A stretch of DNA of 32,532 bases from Nemertoderma westbladi (taxonomy: Eukaryota; Animalia; Xenacoelomorpha). Numbering within the stretch: the stretch's first letter is position 1; each line of letters begins with the position of its first letter. The stretch spans positions 1 to 32,532 of the forward strand of contig JAUCBJ010004841.1 in the NCBI GenBank assembly GCA_032718475.1, written 5' to 3'. The notes below the pieces were generated by a model. That model did no database searches and was not told where the DNA came from. It saw nothing but the letters and a program-made list of their open reading frames with translations. Positions 9,801 to 21,000 of this stretch are shown here, piece by piece. Both the position numbers and the translations under genes were made by a program.

Positions 9801-12497
9801 GGGAATACAGTTGTTATTGGGAATACAGTAGTTATTGGGAATACAGTAGTTATTGGGAATACAGTAGTTATTGGGAATACAGTAGTTATTGGGAATACAG
9901 TACCATAGTTATTGGGAATGCAGTCGTTATTGGGAATGCAGTTGTTATTGGGAATACAGTCGTTATTGGGAATACAGTTGTTATTGGGAATACAGTCGTT
10001 ATTGGGAATACAGTAGTTATTGGGAATACAGTAGTTATTGGGAATGCAGTCGTTATTGGGAATACAGTCGTTATTGGGAATACAGTCGTTATTGGGAATG
10101 CAGTTGTTATTGGGAATACAGTTGTTATTGGGAATACATTTGTTATTGGGAATACAGTCGTTAATGGGAATACAGTCGATATTGGGAATACAGTCGTTAT
10201 TGGGAATACAGTCGTTATTGGGAATACTGTAGTTATTGGGAATACAGTCGTTATTGGGAATACAGTCGTTATTGGGAATACAGTCGTTATGGGGAATACA
10301 TTTGTTATGGGGAATACAGTTGTTATTGGGAATACAGTCGTTATTGGGAATACAGTCGTTATTTGGAATACAGTTGTTATTGGGAATACAGTCGTTATTG
10401 GGAATACAGTAGTTATTGGGAATGCAATCGTTATTGGGAATACAGTCGTTATTGGGAATACAGTCGTTATTGGGAGTACAGTCGTTATTGGGAATACAGT
10501 TGTTATTGGGAATACAGTCGTTAATGGGAATACAGTCGTTATTGGGAATGCAGTTGTTATTGGGAATACAGTTGTTATTGGGAATACAGTCGTTATTGGG
10601 AATACAGTCGTTATTTGGAATACAGTTGTTATTGGGAATACAGTCGTTATTGGGAATACAGTAGTTATTGGGAATGCAGTCGTTATTGGGAATACAGTCG
10701 TTATTGGGAATGCAGTTGTTATTGGGAATACAGTTGTTATTGGGAATACATTTGTTATTGGGAATACAGTCGTTAATGGGAATACAGTCGATATTGGGAA
10801 TACAGTCGTTATTGGGAATACAGTCGTTATTGGGAATACAGTAGTTATTGGGAATACAGTCGTTATTGGGAATACAGTCGTTATTGGGAATACAGTCGTT
10901 ATTGGGAATACAGTCGTTATTGGGAATACAGTCGTTATTGGGAATACAGTCGTTATTGGGAATACAGTAGTTATTGGGAATACAGTCGTTATTGGGAATA
11001 CAGTCGTTATTGGGAATACAGTAGTTATTGGGAATACAGTCGTTATTGGGAATACAGTCGTTATTGGGAAAACAGTCGTTATTGGGAATACAGTCGTTAT
11101 TGGGAATACAGTCGTTATTGGGAATACAGTCGTTATTGGGAATACAGTCGTTATTGGGAATACATTTTTTATGGGGAATACAGTTGTTATTGGGAATACA
11201 GTCGTTATTGGGAATACAGTCGTTCTTGGGAAAACAGTCGTTATTGGGAATACAGTCGTTATTGGGAATACAGTCGTTATTGGGAATACAGTCGTTATTG
11301 GGAATACAGTCGTTATTGGGAATACAGTCGTTATTGGGAATACAGTAGTTATTGGGAATACAGTCGTTATTGGGAATACAGTCGTTATTGGGAATACAGT
11401 CGTTATTGGGAATACAGTCGTTATTGGGAGTCCAGTCGTTATTGGGAATACAGTCGTTATTGGGAATACAGTCGTTTTTGGGAATACAGTCGTTATTGGG
11501 AATACAGTCGTTATTGGGAATACAGTCGTTATTGGGAATACAGTCGTTATTGGGAATACAGTCGTTATTGGGAATACAGTCGTTATTGGGAATACAGTCG
11601 TTATTGGGAATACAGTAGTTATTGGGAATACAGTAGTTATTGGGAATACAGTCGTTATTGGGAATACAGTCGTTATTGGGAATACAGTCGTTATTGGGAA
11701 TACAGTCGTTATTGGGAGTCCAGTCGTTATTGGGAATACAGTCGTTATTGGGAATACAGTCGTTTTTGGGAATACAGTCGTTATTGGGAATACAGTCGTT
11801 ATTGGGAATACAGTCGTTATTGGGAATACAGTCGTTATTGGGAATACAGTTGTTATTGGGAATACAGTAGATATTGGGAATACAGTCGTTATTGGGAATA
11901 CAGTCGTTATTGGGAATACACTCGTTATTGGGAATACATTTGTTATTGGGAATATAGTTGTTATTGGGAATACAATTGTTATTGGGAATACAGTCGTTAA
12001 TGGGAATACAGTCGTTATTGGGAATACAGTCGTTATTGGGAATGCAGTTGTTATTGGGAATACAGTCGTTATTGGGAATACAGTAGTTATTGGGAATACA
12101 GTCGTTTTTGGGAATACAGTCGTTATTGGGAATACAGTCGTTATTGGGAATGCAGTTGTTATTGGGAATACAGTCGTTATTGGGAATACAGTAGTTATTG
12201 GGAATACAGTCGTTATTGGGAATACAGTCGTTATTGGGAATACACTCGTTATTGGGAATACATTTGTTATTGGGAATATAGTTGTTATTGGGAATACAAT
12301 TGTTATTGGGAATACAGTCGTTAATGGGAATACAGTCGATATTGGGAATACAGTCGTTATTGGGAATACAGTTGTTATTGGGAATACAGTCGTTCGTTAT
12401 TGGGAATACAGTTGTTATTGGGAATACAGTTGTTATTCTGAAAACAGTTGTTATTGGGAATACAGTTGTTATTGGGAATACAGTTGTTATTGGAAAT
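6832..12497. repeat. 18-bp tandem satellite (GGGAATACAGTCGTTATT)n, roughly 315 copies
   Basis: Directly visible. Register breaks at ~9900-9908 and ~12392, with higher-order duplications inside the array. Confidence 0.99.
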
Positions 12498-12510
12498 AAC
12501 ACTTGTAAAT

Positions 12511-12770
12511 GTCGCAGTGTCCGAGTGGATACGGCGCCTGAACTGCTTACACAATGTGTGTTGGTGGCACAGGTTCGAATCCGACTAAAGGCTGTAGAAA
12601 TTTCGCACTGTTGTGTCCCTAGGCAAGACACTTTAGACATTAGTGCCTACGTCAACCCAGCGGTATAATGGGAACCTGGCTTTGCTGGGGTAATGATAAT
12701 AAAAGCGCTTTGAGTACGCTGAGCGTAGAAAAGCGCTATATAAATAACCAATATTATTATTAATATTATT
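12511..12770 (+). mobile_element. tRNA-derived CORE-SINE (MIR-like) with L2-type tail
   Basis: A box (GTGTCCGAGTGG) and B box (GGTTCGAATCC). CORE-like TGTGTCCCTAGGCAAGACACTT...GTGCCT...GTATAATGGG. Tail AAAGCGCTT...AAGCGCTATATAAAT followed by (ATT)n. Confidence 0.88.
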
Positions 12771-13148
12771 AAATATTATGGACCACTAAATAATATTTGT
12801 TAAATATATTAGACCATTCGATTAGTGAATATATTAGTGTTTCATAAACATACAAAAAAAACTATTAAAATTATTCAGATTAGATCAGTGCGCCCCACTA
12901 AATAATATTTAGTTTAGGATATAGTATTCGATAAAAATAAAGTAAGCAGAATACACCGCTTTTATTCACTCATTTTCATTTTAGCGAAATTCAACTATTC
13001 TGTCCCCAAGTGGTTGAACAAGTGGTTGGATTTTTCACGAGTTGGTAACTTTATTTAATTTGTAAAAAAATTTGTGAGAAAAGAGGGATTAAAAAAATAC
13101 CCTAGTGGTTACCGGTACCACGAATTGTTTGTGGCCAATTACTTCCAG

Positions 13149-13430
13149 TTTATCAGCAGCAGCTGTAGCCTCGTTATGTTAACACCAAGGACCGACGCAT
13201 CTGGACACAATCCGCTCTCGGAATGGGCTGGAATGGTTCTTAAAATTCAAGCGATAAATTGGCCTCTTACCAGTAGCCGAAATCATTACAGCGCAGCCTC
13301 CAACACCCCCCCGGTGGTTGATTGTAAGCCAGTCAAGGATAAGGTTCAAGCATTATTAGACACGACCCTTTGGGGGATTTCGTGTTTGTTATTTCATGTA
13401 TTTATCTCAAAATAAACTGTTTTGAAACAA
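13149..13430 (+). other. Possible terminal (3' UTR) exon of the + strand gene
   Basis: Acceptor TTACTTCCAG ends at 13148 and AATAAA is at 13411-13416. A matching donor AAAG|GTATGA is at 6815, on the other side of the satellite. Confidence 0.25.
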
Positions 13431-13801
13431 AGAAGACAGTTCTAATTCTATCAATAATTTATTAAGAATAAATTTAAAAGAAACGTTCATAATGATTATT
13501 TTTTAATCAAAACAATTTTATCTGAATGTAATCAGTTAACTGTCTACGTGTTAGTGTTGCAACGGGATCCCGATGGAAAATCCCGATCGCGATGGAAAAA
13601 TATCGGGATTTTTTGGGGTTTGGTATTATCTGAATTTAAATGCCTTACATTTAATATTTGTAAAATTGTAGTATAAAAATGTACAATTTTTCCCAATAAC
13701 AACATCAGCAATTTTTGTCAAAAAAAAAATGAATAATAAAGTAAGTATTGGTAAAGGTTTTGCTTTTACAACTACTGTCACTACAGTGCTACAAAGATAA
13801 A

Positions 13802-14649
13802 TCTAAAACAGTATATATAAATCTGCTCAGTTTGTAAGTATGTATGTATGTATGGCCACCGATACACGTCGTCAGATTTCGCTCTCACTACTTGCTTTGT
13901 GGCTCATTCGATGCGTATTAACACGATGCAGACAGCTGTCACTGTCTCCGGGTTTTATTTTACACGTTGTCTACGTGATGCATAATCGTCATTATCTCGA
14001 AGTTAATTTTATGCATATGCCCAGCCCAGATGCCTGTATGCCCTTGATGAATGCGTATTTGTGGTCAAATTGAGCTATTCTGTAGTCGTTTTCGGCCAAA
14101 TTGCTGGTCAACAGGCAGGAAACTGTATTACTGTATAGTATTACATCAGTTGCACCATCAGACACAGTCTGTTATAACTGACACTTTATATACATATACC
14201 TGACCATAGGTTTGGAAGGACACTGACCAGTCTGCGTTTCCGCAGTCTACCGCTAGGTGGCGAAACATCTAAAAGTGAACACATTCTCCAACTTTGTTTT
14301 TACCAATCCCTTTAGACTGATACAGTACTTGCTAGCATCTACTACAGAATAAAGGCTGTATTTTTACAGAAATGCAGCGCCGTCTCCATTACACCAGTCT
14401 GCAGGTAGGTAGAGTGTGAAATTTCTGAAAGTTAACATTTTCTCGAACTTTTGTTATTTACTTACAATTGCTGTGAAGCTGAAACTTGATAGTTATCTCC
14501 TACGGGGGTGGCGTTTTACTGTATTTCATGATGTTATGAATCTGTTCCATATGCAGGTTCTCCAATCTGCCACGCATTTCTCAACATATTCACGTATCAT
14601 CTGTACATGGACTAGAAAGCTGTAGCCCGAAGGGCCATAGGCTTTCTAG
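13802..14649 (+). mobile_element. Non-autonomous Helitron-like element nested in the hAT element
   Basis: 5' A|TC...TATATATAAA...(GTAT)n. 3' GC hairpin GCCC-GAA-GGGC followed by CTAG|T. The 5' boundary is less certain than the 3'. Confidence 0.6.
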
Positions 14650-14784
14650 TATATATATAAATTATAAATTATTATATTAATAATATTATTATTATTATTA
14701 TATTATTATAAATTATTAGTATATATTATAAATAATAGAAACACTTGTCGCTATGCTTTTTATTAAATATGATAAACATTTGTG

Positions 14785-15215
14785 GCAGCTGGATTCACTG
14801 TACAATGCACACATCTATTCTACAACCAGACACTATATAACATTATAAGTGTCTCATTGGTTCCCCCAAGCTTGACAATTGAACAAAGCCGCCTCCGTTT
14901 TGCAGGACATTGATTTCGCCGTGCGTGAGGACTAGCCAGTGCATAATCTAGTGCTATGACAGCTCCATGGATGAAATAAGCATGGTGGTCAGCCCATGAC
15001 TTTCGTGAGACGACTCCTAAAGACACTGGCCTTGAAGATGCGGATAATCTCGCGAAAGTCATGGCGGCGGTTCGACTTTGATGAAAAGCCGGCATAGCAT
15101 TCTTAATGCACGCTGCATTGGGCTTGCCAATGTGGATTGCAGGCTGGTGACAAAATATTTATGTTAAGCCAGCATGGTATCTCAATGTGCAGCTTCAATG
15201 CAGCAGGCCGATTAT
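14785..15215 (+). mobile_element. 5'-truncated, degenerate 3' end of the RTE LINE family found at 29668-32532 (opposite orientation)
   Basis: Shared blocks such as CAACCAGACACTATATAACATT, GTGTCTCATTGGTTCCCCCAAGCTTGACA and GACACTGGCCTTGAAGATGCGGAT match the reverse complement of 29730-30095. Confidence 0.93.
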
Positions 15216-15417
15216 ATTATAGAGATGTGGCAGCGATTCAGTCAGACAGCAGAAATTAAAAATTTTGCAGAAATTATATTAAAAACGTTTATGAAATGAA
15301 ATATGTACGTGGGAAATAGCTACGACTGGGAACCATTTTGAAAAAAGTCAGTGGACATTTTTACATAGGTATTTTTTAGAACATGAGATTTCTCTAAAGC
15401 TATTTTTACTCCTATAA

Positions 15418-16361
15418 AGAGGGCAGGGTAGAGGGGAGGGTAGAGGGGAGGGTAGAGGGGAGGGTAGAGGGGAGGGTAGAGGGGAGGGTAGAGGGGAGGG
15501 TAGAGGGGAGGGTAGAGGGGAGGGTAGAGGGGAGGGTAGAGGGGAGGGTAGAGGGGAGGGTAGAGGGGAGGGTAGAGGGGAGGGTAGAGGGGAGGGTAGA
15601 GGGGAGGGTAGAGGGGAGGGTAGAGGGGAGGGTAGAGGGGAGGGTAGAGGGGAGGGTAGAGGGGAGGGTAGAGGGGAGGGTAGAGGGGAGGGTAGAGGGG
15701 AGGGTAGAGGGGAGGGTAGAGGGGAGGGTAGAGGGGAGGGTAGAGGGGAGGGTAGAGGGGAGGGTAGATGGGAGGGTAGGGGGGAGGGTAGAGGGGAGGG
15801 TAGAGGGGAGGGTAGATGGGAGGGTAGAGGGGAGGGTAGATGGGAGGGTAGAGGGGAGGGTAGAGGGGAGGGTAGAGGGGAGGGTAGAGGGGAGGGTAGA
15901 TGGGAGGGTAGAGGGGAGGGTAGAGGGGAGGGTAGAGGGGAGGGTAGAGGGGAGGGTAGAGGGGAGGGTAGAGGGGAGGGTAGAGGGGAGGGTAGAGGGG
16001 AGGGTAGAGGGGAGGGTAGAGGGGAGGGGAGGGTAGAGGGGAGGGTAGAGGGGAGGGTAGATGGGAGGGTAGAGGGGAGGGTAGATGGGAGGGTAGAGGG
16101 GAGGGTAGAGGGGAGGGTAGAGGGGAGGGTAGAGGGGAGGGTAGAGGGGAGGGTAGAGGGGAGGGTAGAGGGGAGGGTAGAGGGGAGGGTAGAGGGGAGG
16201 GTAGAGGGGAGGGTAGAGGGGAGGGTAGAGGGGAGGGTAGAGGGGAGGGTAGAGGGGAGGGTAGATGGGAGGGTAGAGGGGAGGGTAGATGGGAGGGTAG
16301 AGGGGAGGGTAGAGGGGAGGGTAGAGGGGAGGGTAGAGGGGAGGGTAGAGGGGAGGGTAGA
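15418..16361. repeat. 12-bp G-rich tandem repeat (GGGGAGGGTAGA)n, roughly 78 copies
   Basis: Directly visible. One register slip at ~16021-16030 and a TGGGAGGGTAGA variant. Confidence 0.99.
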
Positions 16362-17885
16362 TAGCTATTTTAAGTTTTGGATGAGTGAGTATGGCCGCAA
16401 TAAAATTGAAAATCCCGATCCCGATCCCGTTGCAACACTTACTAGTACGTGTAGACCTAATTGATACGCATAATAAACGCGTTCGAGGGGGACTTCGCGT
16501 AGTAAGAAGATTATGGGAACACAACCGTAGCGTAGTCGCCCTCTAACGGCAGACTGGATAACTGCTAAGTCCCCCGAGCAAAACCGATTTCAGACTATTG
16601 ACAGACTAATGTATGTGTGCCAAGTTAGGTCTAATTTCGTGAAAGATTAGCCTTCAAACTTAGACAGAAAACGGTTGATACAGCGGTACCAGTTTACTAA
16701 GCTTGCTTACTCCATCGCTCGCTCCACAAGGTTATATACCTAACTGGAATAAGTAGTCTTCATAACAATGAAAAAACAAGAAAATTCTTAACAACTTTAT
16801 CGTAATATTGAAAAAACCAATGATGCAATGTCTACTTTGCTCGACCCACACCACAATGTAATCAATCTAAGGTGATAATTAATATCCGACTAGGTTCTAA
16901 TTTCTAAACAAAAATAACCATTGGTGTAAGCGCTTCCGAATAAATTACAATACCTTTAGTCAAAGCAAAGCAGTCATCTAAGAGCTCGTTTTGTTGGTTG
17001 TCTTAAAAAACATAAAAAAAGTGTATCTTCAAATAAGCAAAATAACTTTATCAAGGGACATTTTGAGACATCTGAGATTATATGTGTGAAACGAATTGAT
17101 CGAAAACGAAATGATTTTTTCGGTAAAGGAGCACGGGATGACGTACACACGCAGTACCCAGTATCCCTTGCTGTGTACCGTATTGTCTGCGGAATACTGT
17201 TGAATGTACAGGCAAGCGAGCATTAACACTTCGATAGAGCACCGCAATACATTGGTGAGGTACACCGCCGGCATCACTGGGTGTAGTTATGGGTACTTTG
17301 CCGTAGATTTAAAAGCAATGTTACAACCCTTTTGTAATGTTGTTTAATGTTGTAAGCAACAAGTAATGTTGTTCACACCAATGCATTCTTTAATATTAAA
17401 GTGCGCCTTGGCCTCCTTTAATAATAACAAAATGATTTTCAACAAACAAAAATGACACAAAACGATACCTCTATCAAATAATAGTATTTTTGTAGTGAAA
17501 TACTTAATGATTACAAAAACCAGTAAAAGAGATAACGATAGGAAAGGTAAGATTAAATAGTTTACTACTTTAACGGTAGGTTATTATAGTCGGTAGACAA
17601 ATACTACAACCACTAAAGCTATTCTACTACAATAAAAGTATTAAACTTATAAATAAAATACATTATATGCACTGATACTGATAGTCTCACATAATTATAA
17701 TATTAATCATGAATACCGAGATTATTAGATCCCACGTCCCAATTAGTTTCAGTTTATATGATAACCGACACTATTGTCCGAATTCGCCATTTCAACTGCG
17801 AATATTAATTTATTTTAGTACCAAAGTTTATTTCTGGCCGGGTATAATTGCTTTTTTTTTAATTGATAATGAAGTCGTATCGATT

Positions 17886-17960
17886 TTAACCAAGTTTCTT
17901 CTTCTTCATGTTGTCAGGGTAACCGTCATTTTGATCAGCTGATCGTTTCATGCCAGGTAC
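17886..17960 (-). CDS. Host gene terminal coding exon: VPGMKRSADQNDGYPDNMKKKKLG* (bipartite NLS-like)
   Basis: Acceptor TGTTGTTACCTAG, phase 0, in frame with exon 24472-24645. TAA at 17888-17886. Minus-strand AATAAA near 17810-17830. Confidence 0.8.
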   Translation of the reverse strand, partial: VPGMKRSADQNDGYPDNMKKKKLG

Positions 17961-18033
17961 CTAGGTAACAACAACATGTAATCAATTAATATTATTGTGA
18001 ACAGAAGATAACTACGATCGTATTTTGGAATAA

Positions 18034-21000
18034 CAACACAGTTAACCCTCCCTTAGTGACTCTCACCCACAGACATCCAACACAGTTAGCGCTCCCTTAG
18101 TGACTCTCACACACAAACATCCAACACAGTTAACCCTCCCTTAGTGACTCTCACACACAGACATCCAACACAGTTAACCCTCCCTTAGTGACTCTCACCC
18201 ACAGACATTCAACACAGTTAGCGCTCCCTTAGTGACTCTCACCCACAGACATCCAACACAGTTAACCCTCCCTTAGTGACTCTCACCCACAGACATTCAA
18301 CACAGTTAGCGCTCCCTTAGTGACTCTCACACACAAACATCCAACACAGTTAACCCTCCCTTAGTGACTCTCACCCACAGACATTCAACACAGTTAGCGC
18401 TCCCTTAGTGACTCTCACCCACAGACATCCAACACAGTTAACCCTCCCTTAGTGACTCTCACCCACAGACATTAAACACAGTTAGCGCTCCCTTAGTGAC
18501 TCTCACCCACAGACATCCAACACAGTTAACCCTCCCTTAGTGACTCTCACCCACAGACATTCAACACAGTTAGCGCTCCCTTAGTGACTCTCACCCACAG
18601 ACATCCAACACAGTTAACCCTCCCTTAGTGACTCTCACCCACAGACATTCAACACAGTTAGCGCTCCCTTAGTGACTCTCACCCACAGACATCCAACACA
18701 GTTAACCCTCCCTTAGTGACTCTCACCCACAGACATTCAACACAGTTAGCGCTCCCTTAGTGACTCTCACACACAAACATCCAACACAGTTAACCCTCCC
18801 TTAGTGACTCTCACCCACAAACATCCAACACAGTTAACCCTCCCTTAAGCGACTCTCACCCACAGACATTCAACACAGTTAACCCTCCCTTAGTGACTCT
18901 CACCCACAAACATCCAACACAGTTAACCCTCCCTTAGTGACTCTCACCCACAGACATCCAACACAGTTAACCCTCCCTTAGTGACTCTCACCCACAGACA
19001 TCCAACACAGTTAACCCTCCCTTAGTGACTCTCACCCACAGACATCCAACACAGTTAACCCTCCCTTAGTGACTCTCACCCACAAACATCCAACACAGTT
19101 AACCCTCCCTTAGTGACTCTCACCCACAAACATCCAACACAGTTAACCCTCCCTTAGTGACTCTCACCCACAAACATCCAACACAGTTAACCCTCCCTTA
19201 GTGACTCTCACCCACAAACATCCAACACAGTTAACCCTCCCTTAGTGACTCTCACCCACAGACATCCAACACAGTTAACCCTCCCTTAGTGACTCTCACC
19301 CACAGACATCCAACACAGTTAACCCTCCCTTAGTGACTCTCACCCACAAACATCCAACACAGTTAACCCTCCCTTAGTGACTCTCACCCACAAACATCCA
19401 ACACAGTTAACCCTCCCTTAGTGACTCTCACCCACAAACATCCAACACAGTTAACCCTCCCTTAAGTGACTCTCACCCACAAACATCCAACACAGTTAGC
19501 GCTCCCTTAGCGACTCTCACACACAGACATCCAACACAGTTAACCCTCCCTTAGTGACTCTCACCCACAAACATCCAACACAGTTAACCCTCCCTTAGTG
19601 ACTCTCACCCACAGACATCCAACACAGTTAGCGCTCCCTTAGTGACTCTCACACACAGACATCCAACACAGTTAACCCTCCCTTAGTGACTCTCACACAC
19701 AGACATCCAACACAGTTAACCCTCCCTCAGTGACTCTCACCCACAGACATCCAACACAGTTAACCCTCCCTTAGTGACTCTCACACACAGACATCCAACA
19801 CAGTTAACCCTCCCTCAGTGACTCTCACACACAGACATCCAACACAGTTAGCGCTCCCTTAGTGACTCTCACCCACAAACATCCAACACAGTTAACCCTC
19901 CCTTAGTGACTCTCACACACAGACATCCAACACAGTTAACCCTCCCTCAGTGACTCTCACCCACAGACATCCAACACAGTTAACCCTCCCTTAGTGACTC
20001 TCACCCACAGACATCCAACACAGTTAACCCTCCCTTAAGCGACTCTCACACACAGACATCCAACACAGTTAACCCTCCCTTAAGTGACTCTCACCCACAG
20101 ACATCCAACACAGTTAACCCTCCCTTAGTGACTCTCACCCACAAACATCCAACACAGTTAACCCTCCCTTAGTGACTCTCACACACAGACATCCAACACA
20201 GTTAACCCTCCCTCAGTGACTCTCACACACAGACATCCAACACAGTTAACCCTCCCTTAGTGACTCTCACCCACAGACTCCAACACAGTTAACCCTGCCT
20301 TAAGCGACTCTCACCCACAGACATCCAACACAGTTAACCCTCCCTTAGTGACTCTCACCCACAGACTCCAACACAGTTAACCCTCCCTTAAGCGACTCTC
20401 ACACACATACATCCAACACAGTTAACCCTCCCTTAGTGACTCTCACACACAGACATCCAACACAGTTAACCCTCCCTTAAGCGACTCTCACACACAGACA
20501 TCCAACACAGTTAACCCTCCCTTAGTGACTCTCACACACAGACATCCAACACAGTTAACCCTCCCTTAGTGACTCTCACCCACAGACATTCAACACAGTT
20601 AGCGCTCCCTTAGTGACTCTCACCCACAAACATCCAACACAGTTAACCCTCCCTTAGTGACTCTCACCCACAAACATCCAACACAGTTAACCCTCCCTTA
20701 GTGACTCTCACACACAGACATCCAACACAGTTAACCCTCCCTTAGTGACTCTCACACACAGACATCCAACACAGTTAACCCTCCCTTAAGCGACTCTCAC
20801 ACACAGACATCCAACACAGTTAACCCTCCCTTAGTGACTCTCACACACAGACATCCAACACAGTTAACCCTCCCTTAGTGACTCTCACCCACAGACATTC
20901 AACACAGTTAGCGCTCCCTTAGTGACTCTCACCCACAGACATCCAACACAGGTAGCGCTCCCTTAGTGACTCTCACACACAAACATCCAACACAGTTAAC

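Larger units (their letters stand above)
13552..16444. mobile_element. Non-autonomous hAT-like DNA transposon
   Basis: TIRs TAGTGTTGCAACGGGATC (13552) and GATCCCGTTGCAACACT (to 16439, followed by TACTA). Subterminal ATCCCG repeats. 8-bp TSD CTACGTGT (13544-13551) versus GTACGTGT (16445-16452), 7/8 match. No transposase ORF. Confidence 0.85.

Noticed and set aside
12511-12590. Functional tRNA gene
   Set aside because: A and B boxes are present, but the sequence continues into SINE core and tail without a convincing acceptor stem or poly-T terminator.
6788-12640. 1950-aa, 998-aa, 736-aa and smaller ORFs across the 18-bp array
   Set aside because: These follow from a unit length divisible by 3 with stop-free frames on both strands. 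The N-terminus of the longest ORF is antisense SINE sequence.
15412-16524. 370-aa Pro-rich (extensin-like) ORF
   Set aside because: Translation of the 12-bp repeat, with a frame switch mid-array, and it crosses a transposon TIR.
17153-17297. GC-richer island bounded by AGTACCCA/TGGGTACT
   Set aside because: Only an 8-bp inverted repeat, with no TSD and no second copy to test the structure.
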